DNA from: Bryobacteraceae bacterium
Lineage (GTDB): Bacteria > Acidobacteriota > Terriglobia > Bryobacterales > Bryobacteraceae
Assembly (NCBI GenBank): GCA_025980435.1
Contig: JAICXK010000001.1
Span: 4,686-68,685 of the forward strand
Direction of reading: 5' to 3'
Length of the DNA: 64,000 nucleotides
This document shows, one piece after another, positions 36,312-45,224 of this stretch; positions within the stretch are counted from its first letter, which is position 1; every line of letters begins with the position of its first letter. Position numbers and translations under genes: made by a program. Under the pieces are notes generated by a model, which was given only the letters and a program-made list of their open reading frames with translations, had not been told where the DNA came from and did not search any database.

Positions 36312-37556
36312 ATGAATGGCCGTGCTTTCGCGGCGATCATTAGTTTGACTTGCCTGACGAGCTCGCCTGGCATCGCTTTCGACACGGCAACCGCGGCAAA
36401 AGAACACGCCGAGAAAGGCGTTCAACTCGCACAGGCCGGCGACCTGGCTCATGGCGAGACGGAACTGCGCATAGCCGTGGAACTCGCACCGAATGATGCT
36501 TCCTATCTGACCAGCCTCGGCGGGATTCTCGGCATGGAGCAGAAGCTCGTTGAGGCGAATAGCTATTTCGAGAAGGCGGTCAAACTCGATCCGGCAAATG
36601 CCGCAGCGCGGCGCAATCTGGCCGCTAACGAATGGCGATTGGGGCAACTGAAACAGGCGCAGGCCAATCTGGAACATTTATTGCGCGCGCAGCCAGGAGA
36701 TGAAATCGCGATGCTGCTGCTGGGCATGGTTTCGGAAAACGAGCACGATTACGCACGCGCGGCGAAATTGCTCGCCGCCGTGCCGGAGTTAGTCGAGCAG
36801 CGCCCGGAATCGGTTGCGGCGCTTGCCAGCGCGTACTATCACACGGGACGGCGTGGGGAAGCGCACAAGACTCTGGAAGGGTTGCTGACGCGCTCCGCTT
36901 CACCGCCGGGAGTTCTAGCAGCCGCCGGCGTCGCTGTTCGGGCGCAGGACTATGGCATCGCCGAAAAGCTCTTCGAATCGATCCGGTCCAGCTTCAACTC
37001 CGGGCGTGAGACGAGTGAGGTCTACAACCTTCTAGGCATGGTGGAGATGAAGATGGATCAGTTCACCGACGCGGTCCGGTCTTACAGCCGTGCAATCCAG
37101 TTGGATCCCGGATCCCTCGATGCGCAGGTAGGTCTGGCGTCGGCCAAATGGGCGGCCGGCATGCGTGTGGAGGGCGAAAAGCAGTTTCAAGCTCTTCTTA
37201 CACAGCATCCTCGTGACGCAAGCGTCTACGAGAGCTATGGAGCCTCACTCTCGAGCAGCGCCACCGATGATGCGACGCTTGACCGGGCGGCTGCATTACT
37301 GAAGAAGGCGGTAGAGCTGGATGGCTCGCGCGCGGAAGCACATTATCAGCTCGGCATTCTGGAACTGAAGAAGGATACGCCGGAATCCGCGCGGCAGGCG
37401 CTCGAAGAACTGCGGGCTGCCGTGCGCCTCGGTCTGGACGACAGCAAGATCCATTACGCCCTGGCGCGCGCGTACAAGCGGCTCGGGCGTGAAAGCGAAG
37501 CGGCGGCGGAAATGCGTCTTTATCAGCAGGCGCGCGGAGGCACGCAAGGCAAGTAG
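36312..37556 (+). CDS. secreted TPR repeat protein
   Basis: 414 aa with a signal-like N-terminus. There are many 34-residue repeats of the A-x-x-x-Y/F-x-x-A-hydrophobic-x-hydrophobic-D/N-P type. Confidence 0.75.
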   Translation: MNGRAFAAIISLTCLTSSPGIAFDTATAAKEHAEKGVQLAQAGDLAHGETELRIAVELAPNDASYLTSLGGILGMEQKLVEANSYFEKAVKLDPANAAARRNLAANEWRLGQLKQAQANLEHLLRAQPGDEIAMLLLGMVSENEHDYARAAKLLAAVPELVEQRPESVAALASAYYHTGRRGEAHKTLEGLLTRSASPPGVLAAAGVAVRAQDYGIAEKLFESIRSSFNSGRETSEVYNLLGMVEMKMDQFTDAVRSYSRAIQLDPGSLDAQVGLASAKWAAGMRVEGEKQFQALLTQHPRDASVYESYGASLSSSATDDATLDRAAALLKKAVELDGSRAEAHYQLGILELKKDTPESARQALEELRAAVRLGLDDSKIHYALARAYKRLGRESEAAAEMRLYQQARGGTQGK

Positions 37557-39182
37557 ATGCGCTTGGCCGCGCTATTCCTGCTCACGTTTCCGTTGCTGGC
37601 CGGCCAGGATATCTTCACGGACGCCACCGCGCAAGCCGGCATTCATTGGAGGCATTTCAGCGGTGAATCTCCGGATAGATATCTGATCGAAGCAATGGGC
37701 GGCGGCGTTGCCTTCCTCGACCTTGACCAGGATGGTCGCGAGGATCTCTTCTTCGTGAACGGCGGCGCGACTCCGAAGGGCAAGAGCGCGACGCCGGTTC
37801 GCAACGCGCTTTACCGGAATCTCGGCGGCGGAAAATTCGAGGATGTGACGGGGAAAGCAGGTCTCGCTCACGTTCCCTTCTACGGAATGGGCGTGGCGGC
37901 AGCGGATTTTGATAACGACGGCTATCCCGACCTCTTCATCACCGGTTATCCATCCAGTGCGCTATTTCACAACAACCGGGACGGCACGTTCACGGATGTT
38001 ACCGAAAAGGCCGGCGTGAAGAACTTGGGGAAATGGGCGGCGAGCGCGGCCTGGTTCGACTTTGATCGTGACGGACTGCTCGACCTGTTCGTGGCCAATT
38101 ACGCGAAATTCTCTTTTGAGCATGGCCCCCGTTGCGAGTATCAGGGGATGCGAACGTATTGTGCGCAAGTGGCCTATCAAGGTGAGCGGCCGGCGCTCTT
38201 CCACAACAACGGCGACGGGACATTCACCGATGTGACTGAGCAGGCCGGCTTGGCCAAACTGGTGGGCCGCGCCCTCGGCGTGGTTGCGATCGATGTGAAC
38301 GATGACGGATGGCCCGACCTTTTCGTGGCGCGCGATGCGTCGCCCAACCTGCTGCTCATCAACCAGCACAATGGCGCGTTCAAAGATGTTGGGTTGGATG
38401 CCGAAGTGGCGCTCAGCGCCGATGGCAACGCACGCGCCGGAATGGGCGTGGATGCGGGAGATGTCAATGGCGACGGCCGTCCGGATTTCATCGTCACCGA
38501 TTTTAATGATGAGACGCACGCCTTGTTTCTGAATAGCGGCAAATCGCTCTACCGCGAGCGGACGCGCGAATCAGGACTCGCGGCGCTGACGCGCTCCTTC
38601 GTCGGATGGGGCGCGCACTTTATCGACTTCGATAACGACGGCAATCTTGACTTGGTTCTGGTGAACGGCCACATCAACCAAGTGATCGAAAAGACCCGCG
38701 TCGACGTGTCGTATAAGGAAGCGCCGCTGCTTGCGGCAAATGACGGTAAGGCCGTTTTTCGTAACGTAAGCGAGCAGGCCGGCCCTGTTTTCCGCAATCG
38801 CTATCTCGGGCGCGGGCTCGCGGTGGGAGATTACGACAATGACGGCGGCGTGGACGTGGCGTTTACGCGACTGAACGAGACTCCCATTCTTCTGCACAAT
38901 AATATCGGGAGTCTGAAGCCGTGGATCGGCATTGAACTTCAGGGGACAAAGAGCAACCGCGATGCCATCGGGGCGAAACTGACGTTGACGTGCGGACAAA
39001 GAAAGCTGGTGCGCTGGGTCACCGGAGGCGGAAGCTATCTTTCTTCGCACGATAAGCGGGTGGTGTTCGGATTGGGGGATGCTCCTCCCGGTCGGGTGAA
39101 ACTTGAGATCCGCTGGCCCAATGGAAACACGCAGACCTTGACGGGTCTGAAAGTGAATCAGTACCAGAAAATTGTGGAATAG
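37557..39182 (+). CDS. CRTAC1 family protein (FG-GAP/VCBS repeats plus ASPIC/UnbV C-terminal domain)
   Basis: 541 aa. Repeated D-x-D-x-DG-x-x-D-hydrophobic-F calcium-loop repeats (DLDQDGREDLFFVNG, DFDNDGYPDLFITG, DFDRDGLLDLFVAN, DVNDDGWPDLFVA, DVNGDGRPDFIVT, DFDNDGNLDLVLVNG, DYDNDGGVDVAF). C-terminal RDAIGAKLTL...GGSYLSSHD is the ASPIC/UnbV block. The ATG abuts the TPR gene stop. Confidence 0.85.
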   Translation: MRLAALFLLTFPLLAGQDIFTDATAQAGIHWRHFSGESPDRYLIEAMGGGVAFLDLDQDGREDLFFVNGGATPKGKSATPVRNALYRNLGGGKFEDVTGKAGLAHVPFYGMGVAAADFDNDGYPDLFITGYPSSALFHNNRDGTFTDVTEKAGVKNLGKWAASAAWFDFDRDGLLDLFVANYAKFSFEHGPRCEYQGMRTYCAQVAYQGERPALFHNNGDGTFTDVTEQAGLAKLVGRALGVVAIDVNDDGWPDLFVARDASPNLLLINQHNGAFKDVGLDAEVALSADGNARAGMGVDAGDVNGDGRPDFIVTDFNDETHALFLNSGKSLYRERTRESGLAALTRSFVGWGAHFIDFDNDGNLDLVLVNGHINQVIEKTRVDVSYKEAPLLAANDGKAVFRNVSEQAGPVFRNRYLGRGLAVGDYDNDGGVDVAFTRLNETPILLHNNIGSLKPWIGIELQGTKSNRDAIGAKLTLTCGQRKLVRWVTGGGSYLSSHDKRVVFGLGDAPPGRVKLEIRWPNGNTQTLTGLKVNQYQKIVE

Positions 39183-39266
39183 AGTAGTACTTCACCTTCA
39201 TTCTTCCTGGTATATAATTGGCCGCAACTGGTAGGGTGGTTCAAAAAACTTGGGGAGGTCTACCGG

Positions 39267-42200
39267 ATGTTCTCGAAGAATTCACTCTTGACGCTGCTCG
39301 CCGCGAGCTTCTTCTGCGCAACAGCTTCAGCGCAACTTTACACCGGTTCGGTAAGCGGCTCTGTGGCGGATCCCTCGGGCGCCGTCATCCCGAATGCCAA
39401 GCTCACGCTCGTCGATGAACAGAAGGGCTTCAGCTTCACGGGGACGTCAGACTCGAGCGGAGGTTATGTCATCCGGCAGGTGCCTCCCGGAACGTACAAG
39501 CTGTCGGTGGAAGCGCAGGGCTTTCGTCAGGAAACGCGCACCGGCATCAAGCTCGATATCAGCCAGAATGTTACGGTGAATTTCGCGCTGCAGGTGGGCG
39601 CTGTTAGCCAAACACTGCAGATCACCGCGGAGGCGCCGCTGTTGTCAACCCAAGACGCCGTCACCGGGCAAACCGTAGACCGCAAGTTTATTAACGATCT
39701 GCCGCTGATTTCGCGTTCCGTTACGGATCTGGCTTTTCTGACGCCCGGCATTACGGAAGTGGATACGTCATGTCAGGGATGCACGGCGAATAACTTTATT
39801 TCTAACGGCGGCCGGAACGCCACGTCCGACATGCTCCTCGACGGCGTTACCGTTACGAACTTCGAACAGAATAGCGGTATTCAGGTGCCGACTTATACGC
39901 CGTCGGTGGACGCAGTTGAGGAATTCACAGTTCAGCAAACGAACTTCAGCGCGGAGTACGGCTTCTCGGGCGGCACCATCGTCAACATGGTTACCCGCTC
40001 CGGCACCAACCAGTTTCACGGCAGCGCGTATGAGTTCTTCCGCAACCAGAAGCTCGATGCCAACGATTGGTTCAACAATCAGGGCGGAGTTCCCATTGCG
40101 CCGCTCCGCAATAACAATTTCGGCGGCACCGTGGGCGGACCTATCAAGAAAGACAAGCTATTCTTCTTCTTCGATTACGATGGCACTCGCAGCAGGACTG
40201 GGAGCACGCATCAGTTCGGCGTACCCAGTGCCGCCGAGCGCACAGGCAATTTCGGGGAACTCTGCGGCTACTCGGGAGGCAGTTTCGATTCCGCCGGCAG
40301 GTGTTCCTCCGACGATGGCCAGCTTTGGGATCCCTATACGGGTGTCTACGATGCCGACCAGGGCGGACCTGTTCGTTCCGGCTATATTCCATTCAACAAC
40401 ATCGCTACCTACATGAGCCCGGGCAGCCCCGTGCTGAACGGAACACCTTTCCAACTACCCGCCCGGCCGGGCAATCTCATTGATCCCGTCGCACTGAAGC
40501 TCATCCAGTACTATCCGCTTCCCAATTTGAACGTCGGAACTGCCGCCTACAACCCGTACACGAACTGGGTTGGATCGGGAGCGAACCAGGGAAGCAACAA
40601 TCAATATGACATCAAGATCGATTATCGATTCAACGATGCGAACCTGCTGAGCGGAAAGTATTCGCGCCAGGGCAACTTCAGTCATGGATTCAACTGCTAC
40701 GGGAATGTCGCCGATCCTTGTACGTCAGGCCCAACGGACAGTACGGCTCACCTGGCGGCGTTAAACTTCACGCATACCTTTTCCCCAACGGTATTGCTGA
40801 ACCTTGCGTGGGGGTTCACGCGCGGGGCGGTTTTTACCCACAGTATTGCGGGCGATTTTCCGGATATTGACCCGGTGAAACTTCTTGGTATGCCCCAATA
40901 CATGGACACTTCCGGAGTTCCCTTTATCCCTTCCATTAATTTGCAAAGCAGCTACAACACCTCGGGCTTGAATAGTATCGGGACACAGGGCTGGAGCTAT
41001 TTACGCCAGGGTCAGGAAACGCACCACCTGCTGGGCACAGTGAGCTGGGTCAGAGGGCCGCACGAGCTGAAGTTCGGCGCTGAAGGCCGGATGCATCGTG
41101 ACAATTTTACTCAGCCGGGTGTGCCTGGCGGGGAGTTCTATTACGATTTCACCGGAACGTCCGAGTTTCCGTTCTCTGGCGGCGGAGATTCCCTGGCGAG
41201 TTTCCTCATTGCTAATGGCGGTCCCGGAACGTCCAGCAGTGGTTACGAAGTTCCGAACCTGGTCAGCACGCAAAGCTTCCAGGCCGGAGGATTCGTCCAG
41301 GACAACTGGAAGGCCAGCAAAAAGCTTACCGTCAATATCGGCATGCGCTACGATCTGGATTTTCCCAGGACTGAGCGCTACAACCGGATGAACGGACTCG
41401 ATCCGTCCGTGGTATCGCCTCTACAGGTTCCGGGATTAGGAACTCTCCATGGCGGCGAGATCTTCGCGAGTCCCGATAACCGTTCGCCTGGCTACAACAC
41501 CTCTTACACCACTTTTGGACCGCGTTTGGGCATCGCATACCAGCCGCTTGATAAAACCGTGATACGCGCCGGATACGGTATCTATTACTCGTCGGTTCGA
41601 TCGGGTGCGGCGGGCGTGGGTCCTCCGGGTTATCAGGGTTACGACGAATACACGCCCTGGATCAACACGTATCAGAATGACGGCGTCACACCCTTCGGGA
41701 GATTGAATAATCCGTTTCCCGCGGGCATCAAGCTTCCTCCGGGCAGTTCGCTAGGATTGCTGAATGATGTTGGTTTCGGGGCAGTAGGCCCGATCCCCTC
41801 GATAGATTCGGCAGTGCCTTACGAGCAGAGTTGGAGTTTTGGCATACAGCGAGAGCTGCCGCGTAATTTTCTGGTGGATGCGAACTACATCGGCAAGTCG
41901 GGCCGGCATCTCTACTTCGCGGGCGCCGGCGGGTTGAACTATCTCGGCCCGCAGATCGAGCATTACAGCCTGAGCCAGATCGCCGACCTCAATACTTACG
42001 TTCCCAATCCATTCTTCGGGATCATCACGGACCCGAACAGTTCACTTTCGAGCCCGACAGTCCAGCAATCGCAACTGCAACTACCGTTCCCGCAGTTCAC
42101 TGGCTTCAGCGGCGATTCACCGCCCTGGGCGAATTCCATCTACAATGCCCTTCAATTGCGAGTAGAGAAGCGTTTCTCTCACGGGCTCCAGGCGTTGGTC

Positions 42201-42893
42201 ACTTACACCTGGTCGAAGTCAATCGATGACGCTTCCAGCACAGATGGCAGCGTGACGTGGCTGGGCGGAATTTCAAGTGGACCGCAGGATCCGAACAACC
42301 GGCGTCTCGAACGAAGTCTTTCGACCTTCGATATACCGCGCGTTCTGCAGTTCAGCTACACGTATGAACTGCCGATCGGCCGGGGCAAGGCCATCGGTGG
42401 AAACATGCCGAAAGTGCTGGACGCGGTCGTCGGTGGCTGGCAGACCAATGGAATCTGGCGCTTCACCGACGGCAGGCCGATGCTGCTCAGCGTATCGGGT
42501 GACCAGCCTCTGCCCTCCTATGGTTTTCAACGGCCGAACCTGACTGGACCTCTGCTGTGTAACCACGGATCCGACTTTCTGACTAACTATTTCTCCAATC
42601 CGGATGTAGCGGTCGCGCCGCCTCCCTACACAATCGGCAATGCGCCGCGTAGCGTCGGAAGTTGCCGGCAGCCCGGCCAGGCAAACGCTACTCTTTCGTT
42701 ATTCAAGAACTTCACGCTGTCGAGGCTGCGAGAAGGCGCGAAGCTGCAGTTCCGATTTGAGGCATTCAATGCGCTGAATCATCCGCAGTTCGCCGGCCCT
42801 GACACCCAGGTTAACGGCGGCAACTTCGGCGTAATCACGAGCACCGCGAACTCGCCCAGGGAGGTGCAGTTGGCTTTGAAGTTTTATTGGTGA
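39267..42893 (+). CDS. very large TonB-dependent-receptor-like outer membrane protein with CarboxypepD_reg N-domain
   Basis: 1208 aa. Signal peptide, then SGSVADPSGAVIPNAKLTLVDE...PGTYKLSVEAQGF (carboxypeptidase-regulatory-like). Plug-like LPLISRSVTDLAFLTPG. Long beta-barrel ending ...REVQLALKFYW (aromatic terminus). SD GGGGAGG precedes the ATG. Confidence 0.85.
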   Translation: MFSKNSLLTLLAASFFCATASAQLYTGSVSGSVADPSGAVIPNAKLTLVDEQKGFSFTGTSDSSGGYVIRQVPPGTYKLSVEAQGFRQETRTGIKLDISQNVTVNFALQVGAVSQTLQITAEAPLLSTQDAVTGQTVDRKFINDLPLISRSVTDLAFLTPGITEVDTSCQGCTANNFISNGGRNATSDMLLDGVTVTNFEQNSGIQVPTYTPSVDAVEEFTVQQTNFSAEYGFSGGTIVNMVTRSGTNQFHGSAYEFFRNQKLDANDWFNNQGGVPIAPLRNNNFGGTVGGPIKKDKLFFFFDYDGTRSRTGSTHQFGVPSAAERTGNFGELCGYSGGSFDSAGRCSSDDGQLWDPYTGVYDADQGGPVRSGYIPFNNIATYMSPGSPVLNGTPFQLPARPGNLIDPVALKLIQYYPLPNLNVGTAAYNPYTNWVGSGANQGSNNQYDIKIDYRFNDANLLSGKYSRQGNFSHGFNCYGNVADPCTSGPTDSTAHLAALNFTHTFSPTVLLNLAWGFTRGAVFTHSIAGDFPDIDPVKLLGMPQYMDTSGVPFIPSINLQSSYNTSGLNSIGTQGWSYLRQGQETHHLLGTVSWVRGPHELKFGAEGRMHRDNFTQPGVPGGEFYYDFTGTSEFPFSGGGDSLASFLIANGGPGTSSSGYEVPNLVSTQSFQAGGFVQDNWKASKKLTVNIGMRYDLDFPRTERYNRMNGLDPSVVSPLQVPGLGTLHGGEIFASPDNRSPGYNTSYTTFGPRLGIAYQPLDKTVIRAGYGIYYSSVRSGAAGVGPPGYQGYDEYTPWINTYQNDGVTPFGRLNNPFPAGIKLPPGSSLGLLNDVGFGAVGPIPSIDSAVPYEQSWSFGIQRELPRNFLVDANYIGKSGRHLYFAGAGGLNYLGPQIEHYSLSQIADLNTYVPNPFFGIITDPNSSLSSPTVQQSQLQLPFPQFTGFSGDSPPWANSIYNALQLRVEKRFSHGLQALVTYTWSKSIDDASSTDGSVTWLGGISSGPQDPNNRRLERSLSTFDIPRVLQFSYTYELPIGRGKAIGGNMPKVLDAVVGGWQTNGIWRFTDGRPMLLSVSGDQPLPSYGFQRPNLTGPLLCNHGSDFLTNYFSNPDVAVAPPPYTIGNAPRSVGSCRQPGQANATLSLFKNFTLSRLREGAKLQFRFEAFNALNHPQFAGPDTQVNGGNFGVITSTANSPREVQLALKFYW

Positions 42894-42944
42894 GATAACA
42901 GCAGGCAGACCACACAATACGATGGCCTGCCCCATCTATTCTGT

Positions 42945-44237
42945 TCATTCTGGGGGTTGGACGGCGAAGAGGAAGCGTTCCGTCGCAAACGGGTTTTGAT
43001 CGGCTGGCTGGCTTTCACGCGCCAGGCGTTTGATCGTTTCCATTTCGGCAGCGGATTTCTGTTCCTCGCCGGTCGCCTTGTAAGCGTCGCGCAAACCGTA
43101 ATGCGCGGGAATCAGCGTGGGTTGGAGACGCGCCGCAGCGAGGAAATATTGGACAGCTCTGGCGTATTCTTTCCGAGCCAACGCGATTTTGCCTGCCAGA
43201 ACGAAGGCGTAGGGATCTGTCGAGGTCAATGCGAGCGCGTGGTCAATCGCGTTCTGCGCGGCATCCAGATCGTCAGGTGCTGCGTGCGTGATGGCCAGCG
43301 CCTCGTAGTAGTAGACCTCCGGCGTGTTGGCCCCCAAGGAAATGGCCTTTTCGAGCGTTTTCCGGGCTTCGGATGATTTGAGCTGAATCTCAAGCAGCAT
43401 CCCACTCAGTTGATACGCCCGTGCCCACTTAGGCCAGCGGGCCTGGATTGTGCTCAGCAGGTTTTGCGCATCGGTCTCGCGGCGGAGCAGTTCCAGCGTC
43501 ACTACGTGCGCCAACAGCAAATCCCGGTCGTCCGGCAGTATGCGCGAGGCTTGATCGAGCAAATTCGAAGCTTCGCGCAGCAGATTATGTTTCAGAAGAA
43601 AACCGGCGGCCTGGAGATAAAGGTCAGACCGCGTCGGGGCAGCTCGGATGCCGAGATTCAGCGCATCCACCGCCTCTTGTGTTTTGCCCATTGAATCTAG
43701 GACCTGAGCCTCCAGCAGGTAGTAATCTCCCTGACGATAGGCAACCGGGATCTGGTCCAATTCCGACATGGCGGCCTGCGGGCCCTGCGTGTGGAACCGG
43801 GAGACCGCCACCAAAGCGAGCGCGCGTGCTTTGAGTAAAGCTATGTCTGCATCAGTGTTCCCCTGATTTTCCAGGCGGCTGAGGTAGGCGAGGGCCTGCT
43901 TGCCGTCCTTCTCTTCCACACTCATCTGGGCGAGCTGCACAATTGCATTTGTGTGATGGGGATCGATCGCAATCGCCTCCAGGTAGAACTTGCGAGCCTG
44001 GTTAGCATCACCGGCGGCCAGATAATGATTCGCAACATTGTTGAGTACCGCGGCCGAGTTCGGCGCCAGCGTAAGGGCTCGCTGGTAGTACGGTTCCGCC
44101 TCGCTGTAGCGGTGCTGGGAATCAAGCTGCATGCCTTTGAGCATCAGGCCGCGCAGATCAGCGGGCTGGGCGGATAAAGCAGCACCGACGAGGAACAATA
44201 GCGGTAGGATCTTCACTAACACTCTTGCGGACCACAC
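42945..44237 (-). CDS. secreted TPR repeat protein
   Basis: 430 aa with a signal-like N-terminus and tandem TPR units (YYQRALTLAPNSAAVLNNVANHYLAAGDANQARKFYLEAIAIDPHH...). Confidence 0.75.
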   Translation of the reverse strand: MWSARVLVKILPLLFLVGAALSAQPADLRGLMLKGMQLDSQHRYSEAEPYYQRALTLAPNSAAVLNNVANHYLAAGDANQARKFYLEAIAIDPHHTNAIVQLAQMSVEEKDGKQALAYLSRLENQGNTDADIALLKARALALVAVSRFHTQGPQAAMSELDQIPVAYRQGDYYLLEAQVLDSMGKTQEAVDALNLGIRAAPTRSDLYLQAAGFLLKHNLLREASNLLDQASRILPDDRDLLLAHVVTLELLRRETDAQNLLSTIQARWPKWARAYQLSGMLLEIQLKSSEARKTLEKAISLGANTPEVYYYEALAITHAAPDDLDAAQNAIDHALALTSTDPYAFVLAGKIALARKEYARAVQYFLAAARLQPTLIPAHYGLRDAYKATGEEQKSAAEMETIKRLARESQPADQNPFATERFLFAVQPPE

Positions 44238-44273
44238 CGGTTTCCCATATTATGACCGGGGCAAAATCTGTTC

Positions 44274-45209
44274 TTAAGTCTGCATGGCGTGCCGCTCTTG
44301 GGCCTCGGCCAGAATGCCGCGCATATATTCGGCAGCCAGTTGCACATTCTTGTCGACAAACTCCACACCCACCGTCTGGCCGTTCACCACCGGAAGCGGA
44401 TGGCACAACTCGAACCCGGCGTAACCTTTGTACTCGATATCCAGGAGCCCGAGCATTTCCGCCAGACTCTTCTCATCACCTTTGACCGTTATGCCATGGG
44501 GACCGCGCTCGTACTCGCCGCCGTAATGCCACAGTATCTGAAGGGCGCCGATTTCATTCACCGCTTTGCGAACGGCTGGTTCATCCAGATGATGCTCCAG
44601 ACGCGCATCGAAGCAGACCTTTAGATTTGGCGAAGCCACTTCCCTGACCATGCGCAGAGTATCCGCGTAACCATTGATAACGGGCGGGTGATTCTGCAGA
44701 GCAAGGGTTACGCCGAGATCACCTGCGAACCTGGCGGCCTCCCTCATGCTCTCGCGGCACCAAGCCCATGTCTCGTCTTCGGAGAAGTCCTCGTGCTCGA
44801 ATTTCCAAACGGCTTTAGCGACGTCATAGCGTGCGCCTCCTTCGGGCAGCAGCGTTACGCCCGGCCAGCCCAGGAAGACCCGCATAATTTTGGCGCCCAG
44901 ATCGGCCGTCATGCGCATCAACTCCCGCGCATAGACCAATTGCGCTTCACGATGCTCGGGAATGGGGCTGCTGAAATCGTTGTTGGCGGCTACCGCGTAG
45001 ATCTCGATTCCGTGATCGCTGGCAAACTTCCGAAGCTGCTGGCAGCGAGACTTCGGCATATCCAATGGATTTCCGTGAGGGCGCTTCCCATCGATCTCTA
45101 CACCCTCATAGCCGAATCGCGGGGCGCGCTCGATCACCTGCTCGAGCGTTAAGGCGTCCCCCCGATACCAAACGCCACCGTAGGTGATGCTGTAGAGTCC
45201 GATTTTCAT
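44274..45209 (-). CDS. sugar phosphate isomerase/epimerase (xylose-isomerase-like TIM barrel)
   Basis: Start set at ATG 45209 (MKIGLYSITYGG...). GYEGVEIDGKRPH, and metal-ligand-type E/D/H/E positions in the typical AP-endonuclease-2 TIM pattern. The upstream 73 codons of the tracked ORF look non-coding. Confidence 0.85.
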   Translation of the reverse strand: MKIGLYSITYGGVWYRGDALTLEQVIERAPRFGYEGVEIDGKRPHGNPLDMPKSRCQQLRKFASDHGIEIYAVAANNDFSSPIPEHREAQLVYARELMRMTADLGAKIMRVFLGWPGVTLLPEGGARYDVAKAVWKFEHEDFSEDETWAWCRESMREAARFAGDLGVTLALQNHPPVINGYADTLRMVREVASPNLKVCFDARLEHHLDEPAVRKAVNEIGALQILWHYGGEYERGPHGITVKGDEKSLAEMLGLLDIEYKGYAGFELCHPLPVVNGQTVGVEFVDKNVQLAAEYMRGILAEAQERHAMQT

Positions 45210-45224
45210 CGATAACAAAGGCCT

